Shown in pieces: positions 1 through 10,680 of a stretch of DNA of 64,000 nucleotides (positions are counted from its first letter, which is position 1; every line of letters begins with the position of its first letter). Position numbers and translations under genes: made by a program. Under the pieces are notes generated by a model. The model did not search any database. It saw only the letters and a list, made by a program, of their open reading frames with translations, and had not been told where the DNA came from. Source of the DNA: Fibrobacteria bacterium (GTDB taxonomy: Bacteria; Fibrobacterota; Fibrobacteria; UBA11236); contig JAYTHY010000074.1 in the NCBI GenBank assembly GCA_043732185.1, positions 32,001 through 96,000 on the forward strand, in the 5' to 3' direction.

Positions 1-2727
1 CGGCCGAGCATCATTCGGACCAATATTTATATGCACAAAACTGTGGACACCGCCATCACACTTGGAAAACCGCAGGCCATCCCTCCCGGCGGCACTTTTC
101 CGGACACCATGGTCGTATCCATGTTTCCTCCGGCATCCACACCGGACGCCGTGCTATACTACACCTTTGGAACGGCAGGCCTACTCAAATATGCGACTCC
201 TATTACACTGCGTGCATCCGGTACGCTGAAAATTATCGCCATCAAAGGTTCCGTTTTCAGCGATACCATGTCCTATACTTTTACCCGTCAGTTAGAGGCA
301 CCCATGGCCAATCCCAAAGGAAAAATATTTCATGATAGTCTGCTGATCAATCTCACTTCAAATACCCCAGGGGCAACCATACACTATACCTGGAATGGCA
401 AAGACCCAATCTCAACTTCGCCCATTTATCCCGGCGTTCCAATTCTCCTTGATTCCAGCGCCAACCTGAAAGCCATCGCCATCAAGGATTCAAACGTCAG
501 TGCAGTAATGTCCGAGACTTATACCTTAATTGCGGATACAGTGAAGGCATCCTATGGCAGCGGCGACTACACCTCTAGAATTCAGATACAATTGCAAACC
601 TCCACGAAGCGCGCCCTCATCTACTATTCCTTGGACGGATCCACGCCCGGACCGGAAAGCGGAAGCCAACCGTATACCAGTCCATTCTGGATCGAGACCA
701 CCGCTACGTTAAAAGCGGTCGCCGTAACTGGACAAGGGAGCCGTATCCAGCGCAGTCCAATGCTGACGGTCAATTACAGCTTTATCACGCCTGGCCTACG
801 AGTCCTTGGACCAGGGCAAAAGATCGACCTCTCTAGCAATTACAGTTTAAACAGTATCCTTCCCGGGGCCTCATCCGTCAACGTAGAGGTGTTGCGTACT
901 GACAGCTTGACCAGCCTGAAAGGCTTTCGCGACATTCAGTTCGCGATTCGATTATCCCTACCGCTGGGATCAACCGCTTTTCCTAGCATTGGATTCACCG
1001 CCCCCACGGGCGAACCGCGTGCACTATATAGTCTGGTTGGAACATCAACCGTGAACTATATCACCGATGCCGATGCTTACACGATCGGAAATCCAGGCAC
1101 TTATTTTCTTGCCTTGGATACGTTGGCGCCACAAATTATTCTATCCGGAGAATCTTTTGGAACCGAAGACTCCACCAAGGCGCTTTTTACCATTCAGGAC
1201 AATGTGTCCAATTTGCTGCTTGATGTAAGCCGCAGCGACAATCCCGCTCGCAATCTGGTGGCCAAATCCATAACCAGTCCCAATATTATGTCCGTGTCTC
1301 TGCGGAATCCTGCTGGCTCCATTCTGCCTTTAACCATCAAGTTAATGGTCGACGACCATCATTTGAAAACCACCTATCCCGCTGAGCCGGGCTCCTCGCA
1401 CTTACTGGCTCAAAAAAATTCTGCACCAGTCCGGACCCCTGCTGTATTCAACTTGGGAAGCCAGGTTGACAATCCATGGGACCTAATAGCCCTGCCTTTA
1501 TCATTGGATCCGCCGCTTACCATGGCGCAAATACGAAAAAACAATGCGGCACCTGGATTGGAAGCCGCAACCTGGGACATTCCTACTGGAAAATACCGCT
1601 ATTTAAAAGACATGGAAGTCCTGGCACCAGGCACCTCAATTTGGATGGCTTCCACATCCAGTATGGCCTCACTGGTTTTCCCCACGCTGCAAACTCTTCC
1701 TTACCAGGAAAAGGGCGTCTTTAAATTAGTGCTGCATAAGGGTTGGAATCAGGTGGCCAACCCTACTCTATCCACTCTGTACTGGCCCGTAACACGCACG
1801 CTAATGGGCATTTATGATCAGTCCCCGCTTAAAGGCTTGAACGGATACAACGCGACCACACAATTGTACGTGCATTCGGATTCACTGCTCCCTTGGCGCG
1901 GTTACTTTGCCTTTTATTTGGGAGGCCGCGATACCACTATTAATTTGAGCTTCAGCCCCATACAGCCTGAAGCCAACAATTCCATTGCGGCAAAGCCCGC
2001 TGCCGTTGCGGGCTTTGCCTTTTCGCTTGGCCTGGCAAACGTTCCCGCCCTGCGGCTTGGAGCTATATCCCAGGCCCAAGACGGAATTGGAATTGAAGAT
2101 GAAATGCGACCACCGGCACAGGGTGAGCAATCTTCTTGGTTGTGGGCAGCGCGAGACAAAAGCCAATTGGAAACAGACCTCAGGCATTGGATTCCCGGTG
2201 CGCTATATTCATGGAGGGTAGTGGCGCGGACCCCTACCGAGAGCCATCTCGTTGGCAATCAAAATCCGGTTCTTCCCGATGGGTATGCCGCCTGGGCGGT
2301 ATCTCGGACTCGTGGTTTGAGGTTCCGGATCCAGGCTGGCCTTGACATCCCCATGTATCCGGGTTTGGTCGACAGCTTTGAAGTTTGGGCCGGGCCCGCT
2401 GCGGAACTCGAAGCACGGCTCGCTGGGGTGCCACTATCGGTTCAGGCTTTTCAGCTCCAAATATCGACTACTGCCGGTGGTTTTGACATTCACCTACAGC
2501 TGCCTGAGGCAGCATTAGTCCGCTGGACTTTATGGGGCCTGGATGGCCGCGCCTACAAAACCAGCCGAATGAGTCTACCTGAGGGCATTTACCATTTAGC
2601 ACCGGCTGCGATCAAATCCCGACTCACAACTGGAATGTATGTGCTCTCTATGGACTGGACGAGCCGAGCTGGTTCCATCCGGTCGGGCGCCAACGGCCAC
2701 ATAAGCCGAAAAATCATCATTCCTTAA
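1..2727 (+). CDS. Large secreted protein with chitobiase/beta-hexosaminidase C-terminal (Fn3-associated) repeats and a T9SS-like C-terminal tail; 5'-truncated by the window edge
   Basis: Three repeats of the type 'IxYTxxGxxP...Y..PI.L..S.TLKAIA'; C-terminal 'WTLWGLDGRAYK...GMYVL'; frame is open back to base 1, so the true start is upstream. Confidence 0.7.
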   Translation, partial: RPSIIRTNIYMHKTVDTAITLGKPQAIPPGGTFPDTMVVSMFPPASTPDAVLYYTFGTAGLLKYATPITLRASGTLKIIAIKGSVFSDTMSYTFTRQLEAPMANPKGKIFHDSLLINLTSNTPGATIHYTWNGKDPISTSPIYPGVPILLDSSANLKAIAIKDSNVSAVMSETYTLIADTVKASYGSGDYTSRIQIQLQTSTKRALIYYSLDGSTPGPESGSQPYTSPFWIETTATLKAVAVTGQGSRIQRSPMLTVNYSFITPGLRVLGPGQKIDLSSNYSLNSILPGASSVNVEVLRTDSLTSLKGFRDIQFAIRLSLPLGSTAFPSIGFTAPTGEPRALYSLVGTSTVNYITDADAYTIGNPGTYFLALDTLAPQIILSGESFGTEDSTKALFTIQDNVSNLLLDVSRSDNPARNLVAKSITSPNIMSVSLRNPAGSILPLTIKLMVDDHHLKTTYPAEPGSSHLLAQKNSAPVRTPAVFNLGSQVDNPWDLIALPLSLDPPLTMAQIRKNNAAPGLEAATWDIPTGKYRYLKDMEVLAPGTSIWMASTSSMASLVFPTLQTLPYQEKGVFKLVLHKGWNQVANPTLSTLYWPVTRTLMGIYDQSPLKGLNGYNATTQLYVHSDSLLPWRGYFAFYLGGRDTTINLSFSPIQPEANNSIAAKPAAVAGFAFSLGLANVPALRLGAISQAQDGIGIEDEMRPPAQGEQSSWLWAARDKSQLETDLRHWIPGALYSWRVVARTPTESHLVGNQNPVLPDGYAAWAVSRTRGLRFRIQAGLDIPMYPGLVDSFEVWAGPAAELEARLAGVPLSVQAFQLQISTTAGGFDIHLQLPEAALVRWTLWGLDGRAYKTSRMSLPEGIYHLAPAAIKSRLTTGMYVLSMDWTSRAGSIRSGANGHISRKIIIP

Positions 2728-2738
2728 AACTATTTAGC

Positions 2739-2756
2739 CTGTAACAGGATTGCAAC
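2739..2756 (+). promoter_or_regulatory. Pho-box-like direct repeat upstream of phoB
   Basis: CTGTAAC-AGGA-TTGCAAC, two 7-mers at 11-bp period resembling the CTGTCAT Pho box, about 50 nt before the phoB start. Confidence 0.5.
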
Positions 2757-2804
2757 ACCCAACTACTTGTTAATCATCAACTGATGGGTGTAGATTTGCT
2801 CTAG

Positions 2805-3497
2805 ATGAATGCAATGAACATCCTGGTTACCGAAGACGATTCAGATATTCTCGAATTGATAGTCTACAGTTTAGAATCCGCTGGCTTTCACGTCCATGCG
2901 GCCAAATCCGGACTGGAAGCGTTGTCCATTCTTGCCGATGAGACCGTTGACCTTGCCGTACTCGATATCATGCTTCCGGACCTATCCGGAATCGACCTAT
3001 GTCGAAAAATAAAATCCGAAGAGCGATTGGAAAATATCCCTGTTCTTTTCCTTACCGCCAAAGATGGAGAAACCGACAAATTAATTGGTTTCAAAGTAGG
3101 TGCCGACGATTACTTGTGCAAACCCTTTTCCCCCAAAGAGCTGGTGGCACGGGCACAGGCCTTGATCAAACGCTCCACGGGCGGAAAGGGCCGTTTCGCC
3201 TTCCAGGATTTGGAAATCTTTTTCGATCGACATATCGTGGAAGTCGCACAGCAACGGGTCAACCTCACCCCCAGGGAATTCATGGTGCTCAAAGTGCTGA
3301 TCGAAAGTCAGCAAAGGACCATTGCTCGCGCAACATTGCTGGAACGCGCTTGGGGCATGGAATCCAAAGCTGGCTTACGTAGCGTGGATGTTACTGTGAC
3401 CCGACTCCGTGAAAAAATAAAACCCTATGGAAAATGCATCAGGACGGTAACCGGATTCGGTTATCAATGGGACCCGGAAGGGTACCAATCTGCCTAA
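2805..3497 (+). CDS. phoB: OmpR/PhoB-family response regulator (PhoB-like)
   Basis: REC domain (VLDIMLP, GADDYLCKPFSPKEL) plus winged helix (RSVDVTVTRLREK, IRTVTGFGY); adjacent to a PhoR-like kinase and pit. Confidence 0.8.
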   Translation: MNAMNILVTEDDSDILELIVYSLESAGFHVHAAKSGLEALSILADETVDLAVLDIMLPDLSGIDLCRKIKSEERLENIPVLFLTAKDGETDKLIGFKVGADDYLCKPFSPKELVARAQALIKRSTGGKGRFAFQDLEIFFDRHIVEVAQQRVNLTPREFMVLKVLIESQQRTIARATLLERAWGMESKAGLRSVDVTVTRLREKIKPYGKCIRTVTGFGYQWDPEGYQSA

Positions 3498-3530
3498 CCT
3501 AAAGCGTGACCCAAGCATGATGCCTGAATA

Positions 3531-5369
3531 ATGCGTGATCTGAACCGCCCCTATCCATCCCTGCGAGCTCATCTCATCGCCATGTTGGGTGTATTTGCTG
3601 CTTTGTTTTTAGGCCTCACGCTTTACCTTTATCTCACTTCCCGCACCCTCTTTGCTGAAGCCCTAAAACGTGAACTTTCCGGGGACCTAGAATGGATGGC
3701 CTCTTTAATCTCAAGTGACCCAGACCTATTGACAGCTCCCGTCCGCGCCGACTCGCTGTGCCGGGCCATTGCACGGTTTAAAGGGTTTCGAGTGACTATC
3801 ATCGACTCCGACGGTCAAGTGCGGGCCGATTCCCATGTTCCCCTTCACGAAACAGGCGCATTGGAAAATCACCGCCATCGACCGGAAATTATGGAAGCGG
3901 ACGCCAAGCTTTGGGGTTATGCCTGGAGGTATTCCAGTACCATCGACATGGAAATGCTGTACGTCGCTCGACGCTTGCCAAACCAAAAAGGCTACCTACG
4001 CATTGCCGCGGGACCCACTGCTCTTTGGAGTTTCCAGAAAGCTTCTCTGCGTATTTTCGCCTTGTTTCTAGGCCTGTTTATGTCCGGTTCCCTGGCCGTT
4101 ACCTGGTGGATTAGTAGAAAAATCAGTTCACCCCTGTTGCATCTCATTGGAACAGACTCCCGAGGGCCCGGTTCCCCCACTCCAAGGTGGGAGGCGGAAT
4201 TCCGGGAAGCGGACGTTTTAAATCAAGCCTTTCAAGGTTATGTGGAAGAAATCCGAAAATTGGGCGGCGCTGTCGAAACAGAACGCGATAAGCTGGTCGC
4301 CATCATGAATCAATTGGAAGAAGGTATTATCATCCTTTCCGATAACGGTTTAGTGATAGCCGCCAATCCAGCATCCATCCGCCTGATTGGGGCGAATACG
4401 AATGTGGCAGACCAAAGTCGCTCGACATGGCTCAATCGACCAGCAACCGAGCTCCTCAAGCATAAGGCACTGAACGACTGGATAAGCCGCATCAAGGAGA
4501 GCGATCGCCCGCCATTTCTCCATGTGGATAAAGGCTCGGAGGCGGAATACGATTTGCTTTGCCACATAACGAAGTTGGACGCCACTTCCATACCACGCGA
4601 GTACTTGCTTACTTTAATCGACGTAACCGAATTGCGAAATCTAGATCGGATAAAATCTGAATTTGTTGCCAATGCTTCGCATGAATTGAAAACGCCGCTT
4701 TCTTCCATCAAGGGTTATACGGAAACCCTATTGGATGGTGCACTAGAGGATGCAAAGGTTCGCGAACTTTTCGTAAAAAAAATTCACAATAACGCGTTAA
4801 GGCTGGAGCTGTTGATCTTGGACCTTTTGAGTTTATCGCAATTAGAAGCTCATCTGGAGTTAAAAGAAACCGAGCCATTGTCCTTACGGGTCTATGTGAA
4901 TGCGGCTGCCAACCTGCACAGACATGAACTGGACAGCTCCGGAATTCGTCTGGAAAACCAAATTCCCGATACTGTCATGGTGGTCGTAGAGCCCCGCGAC
5001 CTTGAACACATACTCAATAATCTGGTTGGAAATGCTATACGGTACAACAAACCGGGAGGCAAGGTGAGGGTGTGGGTGGAAAACGGGGACAGCTTGCAGC
5101 TTTATGTAAAAGACACCGGAATCGGAATTCCAGAAGACATGTTGCCAAGGATATTCGAGCGTTTCTATCGGGCGGCAAAGTCGAGAGCATCCAAGGAAGG
5201 CACCGGTCTCGGCCTGGCAATAGTCAAACATGCAGCGCACAAATACGGTATGACCGTTACGGTAGAAAGCATTCTCGGTGAAGGCAGCCGATTTCAGGTG
5301 AACATTCCATTAGGCCTGGTTGCAGGCGGGGGCTTGAACCGCGCCTTGGATTCGAAGCAGAACACTTAG
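3531..5369 (+). CDS. phoR: Sensor histidine kinase, PhoR-like
   Basis: Two TM segments, 'LENHRHRPEI' periplasmic motif, PAS-like region, H-box ANASHELKTPL, N/G boxes (NLVGNAIRYN, GTGLGLAIVKH). Confidence 0.8.
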   Translation: MRDLNRPYPSLRAHLIAMLGVFAALFLGLTLYLYLTSRTLFAEALKRELSGDLEWMASLISSDPDLLTAPVRADSLCRAIARFKGFRVTIIDSDGQVRADSHVPLHETGALENHRHRPEIMEADAKLWGYAWRYSSTIDMEMLYVARRLPNQKGYLRIAAGPTALWSFQKASLRIFALFLGLFMSGSLAVTWWISRKISSPLLHLIGTDSRGPGSPTPRWEAEFREADVLNQAFQGYVEEIRKLGGAVETERDKLVAIMNQLEEGIIILSDNGLVIAANPASIRLIGANTNVADQSRSTWLNRPATELLKHKALNDWISRIKESDRPPFLHVDKGSEAEYDLLCHITKLDATSIPREYLLTLIDVTELRNLDRIKSEFVANASHELKTPLSSIKGYTETLLDGALEDAKVRELFVKKIHNNALRLELLILDLLSLSQLEAHLELKETEPLSLRVYVNAAANLHRHELDSSGIRLENQIPDTVMVVVEPRDLEHILNNLVGNAIRYNKPGGKVRVWVENGDSLQLYVKDTGIGIPEDMLPRIFERFYRAAKSRASKEGTGLGLAIVKHAAHKYGMTVTVESILGEGSRFQVNIPLGLVAGGGLNRALDSKQNT

Positions 5370-5381
5370 CCATCGATATCC

Positions 5382-6377
5382 CTAAGTTCCCAATAGACGC
5401 AATCCCATTCCAATTAAGTAGGCAACTATGGCGGAAGCGGGTATGGTCAAAATCCAGGCAATAGCCATTTGACCAGCAATTTCCCAGCGCACAGCCGAAA
5501 GACGTTTGGACGAACCCACTCCCATAATGGAACTGGATATCACATGTGTAGTGGAAACGGGAGAGCCAAAATGACTGGCCACTAGAATGGTAAGTGAGGC
5601 TGCGGTTTCGGCGGCAAAACCATTCACGGGTGTCAATTTGATCATGCGCACACCCATGGTCTTGATGATGCGCCAGCCACCGGCCGCAGTGCCCATGGCC
5701 ATGGCCGCGGCACAAAGCAAAATAACCCATTGCGGCACGGCAAAAGTGTGAATGAATCCCATTCCAAACAAAGCCATGGTGATAATACCCATGGACTTTT
5801 GCGCGTCATTGGACCCATGCGATAAAGCCATAAAAGCCGCGGAGACAAGTTGTAAATGTTTGAACCAACGGTTCACTTTCCCAGCGGGCCGTTTGTGGAA
5901 TATCCACATGATGGCAATCATGATGAGTAGCCCACCGACAAAACCCGCCAGCGGCGAAATAAGCAGGGCCTTGACGATTTTCCAAATGCCCTCGCCATTC
6001 AACTTGTGGAAGCCATGGTAGGCAATTGTGGAACCAATGATGCCGCCAATCAGAGCATGCGAAGAGCTGGACGGGATACCATAGAACCAGGTGAGAAGAT
6101 TCCAAAAGATGGCGGCCAATAGGGCAGCGGCCACAATACCATTAGTAACCAGAGCGGGATCCACAATTCCCTTGCCAATAGTCTTGGCAACAGCTGTGCT
6201 TAGGAAAGCACCCAAAAAGTTCAAGGAGGCGGCCATTAGAATCGCCTGCTTGGGCGAAAGCACACGGGTTGATACAACAGTGGCAATGGCATTGGCCGAA
6301 TCGTGCATGCCGTTGATGTAATCGAAAATCAAGGCTAGGACGACCAAGCCCAGTAGAATGGGAATCGACTCAGCCAT
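5382..6377 (-). CDS. pit: Inorganic phosphate transporter (PiT family)
   Basis: GMHDSANAIAT and HGSNDAQK signature motifs, PVSTTH, multiple TM segments. Confidence 0.92.
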   Translation of the reverse strand: MAESIPILLGLVVLALIFDYINGMHDSANAIATVVSTRVLSPKQAILMAASLNFLGAFLSTAVAKTIGKGIVDPALVTNGIVAAALLAAIFWNLLTWFYGIPSSSSHALIGGIIGSTIAYHGFHKLNGEGIWKIVKALLISPLAGFVGGLLIMIAIMWIFHKRPAGKVNRWFKHLQLVSAAFMALSHGSNDAQKSMGIITMALFGMGFIHTFAVPQWVILLCAAAMAMGTAAGGWRIIKTMGVRMIKLTPVNGFAAETAASLTILVASHFGSPVSTTHVISSSIMGVGSSKRLSAVRWEIAGQMAIAWILTIPASAIVAYLIGMGLRLLGT

Positions 6378-6996
6378 GCTTCAGCACAATCCCTTCGATA
6401 ATGCCGGCGACATGCTCACACATATCCGTGGCGGTCTCCAAATTGTCGTAAATATCGCGCCATTTCATGACATCCAAGGGATTTTTGTCTCCCTTAAATA
6501 GTTCCGCCACGGCCTCGCGAGCGATGCGGTCACCGAGGTTTTCCAGTCGGTTGATCTCGATACAGTGCGGGATTATTTTTTCGTATTTAAGCAGGGAAAT
6601 GACGGGCATGACCTTGTTAAGTTCAGCAACTTGCTTCACGAGTACATCCACCAAACCCTTCATGGGTGGTGTGATCTCCGTGAGGCCATAGAGGATCATT
6701 CTTTCCGTTACGGCTTCCATATAATCCATGCAATCGTCCAGGGCAACAGTCAACTGGTGGATATCTTCACGATCAATTGGGGTGATGAAACTCTTATCTA
6801 AAGCGATCAGAATCTCATGTGTCAGTACATCCGCATCATGCTCAAGCCGCTCTAGTCGCGCCGCTCCAGATTTAATGCTTTCCACTCCTCCCGCCATCAT
6901 TTCGCTCAGCACGTTGGCAGCTGCCTCTAAAATTTTGGCGCTTTGACCGAACATCTCAAAGAATTTGACGTTTTTGGGTATCAGATTTTTGAACAT
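6370..6996 (-). CDS. DUF47 family phosphate transport regulator (PhoU-like Pit accessory protein)
   Basis: 'LEHDAD...SFITPIDREDI...LDDCMD', 'LENLGD', 'LETATDMCE'; overlaps the pit start. Confidence 0.9.
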   Translation of the reverse strand: MFKNLIPKNVKFFEMFGQSAKILEAAANVLSEMMAGGVESIKSGAARLERLEHDADVLTHEILIALDKSFITPIDREDIHQLTVALDDCMDYMEAVTERMILYGLTEITPPMKGLVDVLVKQVAELNKVMPVISLLKYEKIIPHCIEINRLENLGDRIAREAVAELFKGDKNPLDVMKWRDIYDNLETATDMCEHVAGIIEGIVLKHG

Positions 6997-7093
6997 TGGA
7001 CTACCTCGAACTCTCCAGGAATGGACCTATAAAGCTAGAAAAAGACTGTTGTTTGGTTTTATAATCATGCGTTACACTTTGGGAAAAAAAGTC

Positions 7094-7438
7094 ATGCCTA
7101 ACCTCCCTTATAAGTTTTTGTTGTTTGTAGCGGTAGGCGGCTTTTTCTATTTGCACGGCCTTCCCAAAAAGGCAGCATTCATTGCCAACTTTTTAAGTCG
7201 AACGAAAGAAAAAAGCCAGGAAGAACAAATCGAGGCTTTGGCCGAAGAGAAAGTGCGCGGCGAAATCTGTAGCCTAGCTGATTTGTGCGAATACCGGCCT
7301 ATTGCTTGGAAGGAATTCCACGCATCGGACACTGTAAGTGCCTCCATCGTCCACGAATTCTACAAGGATGGAAAAAAGTGCGCTGTATTGTTTCGTATGC
7401 GCTACGGCGCAATCAGTGAAATCATCGACCTAAACTAG
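7094..7438 (+). CDS. Small hypothetical membrane-anchored protein
   Basis: ORF 6965-7438; likely ATG at 7094 followed by a hydrophobic segment ([13 protein letters not shown]). Confidence 0.5.
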   Translation: MPNLPYKFLLFVAVGGFFYLHGLPKKAAFIANFLSRTKEKSQEEQIEALAEEKVRGEICSLADLCEYRPIAWKEFHASDTVSASIVHEFYKDGKKCAVLFRMRYGAISEIIDLN

Positions 7439-9234
7439 GTGGAGGCTGGAGCATTCTGGGCTGCCAACACTTTTGGATCGATTTGAATATGCAATTCCCG
7501 GAGCTGTTTCAGTCCGACCTCGCCGGGGGCGTTCATCATCAAGTCCTGCGCTTTTTGATTCATGGGAAAGGCAATGATTTCGCGGATATTGCTCTCATCT
7601 GCCAATAGCATAACCATTCGGTCCACACCTGGGGCGATGCCTCCGTGCGGTGGGGCTCCCAATTTGAAGGCGTTGATCATGCCGCCAAATTTCTTATCCA
7701 CCACTTCCGGGCCATAACCGGCGATGGCGAAAGCCTTGTACATGATATCGGGGATGTGATTGCGAATAGCGCCGCTGGATAATTCCACGCCATTGCAAAC
7801 CAAATCGTATTGAAAGGCATTGATTTCCAGTGGGTTCTTGGTCAATAGGGCTTCCATCCCGCCCTGGGGCATGGAAAAGGGATTGTGTGAGAAGGCGATG
7901 CATTTGTTCTCTTCATCCCATTCGAACATGGGAAAATCGACAACCCAGCAGAAGCGGAACGCATCAGACTCAATGATATCGAGATCCTTGGCTACTTTAA
8001 CCCGCAACAAACCGGCAATTTTGGCAGCCAAATCAGCCTTATCACATACAAAGAAAATGGCGTCCCCCGGCCCCACTTCGCACTTTTGGCGCAGCGCTTC
8101 CAGTTGTTCCGGCTTCAGGAATTTGAACAGCGGTCCCTTTACGGTTTCGCCGTTCCAGACCAAATAAGCCAAACCTTTGGAGCCAACCGACTGGGCGTAT
8201 TCAACCAGCTTGTCAAAAAAGCTGCGCGGCTTATCCGCCACATTTTTAACAGGAATAGCGCGCACCACAGCACCAGCGGCCACGGCGGATTTGAAGGCAA
8301 CAAATTCCGATTCGGCAAACAAGGCACCCACATCCCTGATTTCAATTGGGATGCGCAAATCGGGCTTGTCATTACCGTATTTGAGCATGGAATCCGCATA
8401 GGTAATCCGCCGGAAGGGAGTAGTATCAACTTTCTTCTTGGCGAATTCGACGAAAAGCCCGCCAATCACGTGTTCCACCGCCGCAAAGACATCGTCCTGG
8501 GTCACGAAGGACATTTCAATATCAAGCTGGTAGAACTCACCTGGAGACCGATCGGCACGAGCATCTTCATCTCGAAAGCAAGGTGCGATTTGGAAATAAC
8601 GATCGAATCCGGCTACCATTAAAAGTTGTTTGAATTGCTGTGGAGCCTGAGGGAGTGCGTAGAATTTACCGGGATGGATACGACTCGGAACCAAATAGTC
8701 ACGGGCGCCTTCCGGTGAACTGCTGGTCAAGATGGGTGTTTGGAATTCCGCAAATCCAGCATCCGTCATACGGCGGCGCAGACTGGAAATAACTTGGGTG
8801 CGGAGCATGATGTTTTTGTGCAATTTGTCGCGGCGCAAATCCAAAAACCTGTATTTGAGGCGCAGGTCCTCGGCCGTGTCCTCTTTGCCGTCCACGAGCA
8901 TGGGCAGCGTCTCGGCCATGGATTGGATAATCAGTTCGTCCACCACGATTTCAATTTCGCCCGTATCCATGGAAGGATTAATGGTGCCTTCCGCCCTGGC
9001 AATAACCTTACCAGTGATAGTAATCACGCTTTCATATTTTAGATGCGTGGCCTTTTCAAAAAAGTCTCGCTCGGGATGGAAGACTACCTGGGCAATTCCG
9101 TAATGATCGCGCAAATCGATGAATAGGAAATGGCCGTGATCACGCCGGCGGAAGACCCAACCGGAAAGGCGAACGGTTTCGCCGACATGAGATTTTCTGA
9201 TTTCGCCGCAGGTATGAGTACGATATGGATGCAT
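7435..9234 (-). CDS. aspS: Aspartate--tRNA ligase (likely non-discriminating Asp/Asn type)
   Basis: [62 protein letters not shown]. Confidence 0.97.
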   Translation of the reverse strand: MHPYRTHTCGEIRKSHVGETVRLSGWVFRRRDHGHFLFIDLRDHYGIAQVVFHPERDFFEKATHLKYESVITITGKVIARAEGTINPSMDTGEIEIVVDELIIQSMAETLPMLVDGKEDTAEDLRLKYRFLDLRRDKLHKNIMLRTQVISSLRRRMTDAGFAEFQTPILTSSSPEGARDYLVPSRIHPGKFYALPQAPQQFKQLLMVAGFDRYFQIAPCFRDEDARADRSPGEFYQLDIEMSFVTQDDVFAAVEHVIGGLFVEFAKKKVDTTPFRRITYADSMLKYGNDKPDLRIPIEIRDVGALFAESEFVAFKSAVAAGAVVRAIPVKNVADKPRSFFDKLVEYAQSVGSKGLAYLVWNGETVKGPLFKFLKPEQLEALRQKCEVGPGDAIFFVCDKADLAAKIAGLLRVKVAKDLDIIESDAFRFCWVVDFPMFEWDEENKCIAFSHNPFSMPQGGMEALLTKNPLEINAFQYDLVCNGVELSSGAIRNHIPDIMYKAFAIAGYGPEVVDKKFGGMINAFKLGAPPHGGIAPGVDRMVMLLADESNIREIIAFPMNQKAQDLMMNAPGEVGLKQLRELHIQIDPKVLAAQNAPAST

Positions 9235-9351
9235 AAGGCCGGTAATTATAATAGAAAGACGGATTCAGGCCAATCCCTCTAGTCCGGGGATTGGGCCAGA
9301 GCCGCTTTTTACCTATTTTAAACGGTTCCCAATGCCCACGCCATACACAAC

Positions 9352-10680
9352 ATGAGAGACCTCGGATTCGAAGGACTCTTTATCCTCATCCTGATTCTGG
9401 GCAATGGCTTCTTCGCCATGACCGAAATCGCCGTCGTTTCCGCCCGTAAAGCCCGGCTGCAACAATGGGCCAACGAGGGCAATTTGCGCGCCAAAAACGC
9501 CCTGGCCCTTGCTAACGCGCCCAACCGGTTTCTCGCCACCATCCAGGTGGTCATCACGGGTGTTACCCTTTTAACAGGTGCATACGGCGGCAGCACCATC
9601 GCAGAAAAAATTTCCTCGCATATGGTGGGCTGGCCTATTATTGGCGAATACCGGGATCGCATTGGATTGACTCTGGTGGTGCTTGGCGTCACTTTTCTGC
9701 AGGTTATTTTGGGAGAACTGGTTCCCAAGACCATTGCCTTGCACAATGCCGAACGCATTGCCTCGCTAGTGGCCTGGCCCATGCAGGTTATCTCCAAAAT
9801 GGCCTATCCTGTCGTTTCATTTCTCGGGATTGTCACCGATTTCATTCTGCGCCTAGTAGGCAGTAAGCCTTCCGACGAACCTCCGGTAACCGGCGACGAA
9901 ATCAATGTCATGATCGCCCAAGGCACCGAGGCTGGAGTCTTCCAGGAATCCCAGCAGGATATGGTGGAAAGCGTTATCGAACTCAATGAACGCCGCATCA
10001 ACAGCATCATGACGCCTCGTCCGGAAATCTCCTGGATCAATGTGGAAGCCACGCCTGATGAATTACGCGAAATGATCCTCAGCAGCACGTATTCGCGCTT
10101 TCCGGTTTGCCAAGGCAATTTGGACCAGGTGCTAGGCATCATCCACACCAAGGATATGCTCGCGGATTGCATTTCCGGCCGGCCTATCGACCTTAAGGCG
10201 CGAACACGCAAAGCCTTGACCATTCCGGAAACTATTCCGGTGCTCAAATCCTTAGAGTCGTTTAAGGAAAGCGGCATCCATATAGCGCTCGTGATCGACG
10301 AATACGGAAGCCTGCAAGGCCTAGTAACCTTGAACGATATACTGGAAGCTATTGTCGGAGACATCGCCTCACATGACCAAAAGGACGGCAACCCTGGGGC
10401 CGTGCAGCGTGAAGACGGATCCTGGCTGGTGGACGGCATGCACACCATTGAGGACTTCAAGGATTTGATGTCGATTGAAAAGCTGCCGGAAGAGAACACG
10501 GATACGTACCAGACCTTGGGTGGATTTGTAATGATGCAGCTCGGCCGCATTCCCAAACCCGGCGATCACTTTCTGCAGGATTTTGTGCGCTATGAGGTGA
10601 TGGACATGGACGGGAACCGAGTAGACAAGGTTCTGGTCAAGAAGGAGGAGCCTCCGAAGCCGGATGCTCGCTCGACGTAA
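9352..10680 (+). CDS. HlyC/CorC (CNNM + CBS + CorC) family membrane protein
   Basis: NGFFAMTEIAVVSARKARL, GELVPKTIAL, IMTPR, YSRFPV, VIDEYG..GLVTL.DILEAIVG, MDGNRVDKV. Confidence 0.92.
   Translation: MRDLGFEGLFILILILGNGFFAMTEIAVVSARKARLQQWANEGNLRAKNALALANAPNRFLATIQVVITGVTLLTGAYGGSTIAEKISSHMVGWPIIGEYRDRIGLTLVVLGVTFLQVILGELVPKTIALHNAERIASLVAWPMQVISKMAYPVVSFLGIVTDFILRLVGSKPSDEPPVTGDEINVMIAQGTEAGVFQESQQDMVESVIELNERRINSIMTPRPEISWINVEATPDELREMILSSTYSRFPVCQGNLDQVLGIIHTKDMLADCISGRPIDLKARTRKALTIPETIPVLKSLESFKESGIHIALVIDEYGSLQGLVTLNDILEAIVGDIASHDQKDGNPGAVQREDGSWLVDGMHTIEDFKDLMSIEKLPEENTDTYQTLGGFVMMQLGRIPKPGDHFLQDFVRYEVMDMDGNRVDKVLVKKEEPPKPDARST

Noticed and set aside
9804..10556. Long antisense ORF (250 aa) and many similar shadow ORFs in the track
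   Set aside because: They lie opposite or within well-supported genes and lack motifs; these are codon-bias artefacts
10637..10680. 44-nt 3' overlap of the convergent hlyC/corC and fapA genes
   Set aside because: Both tails are low-complexity extensions; such overlaps are common and there is no evidence of function
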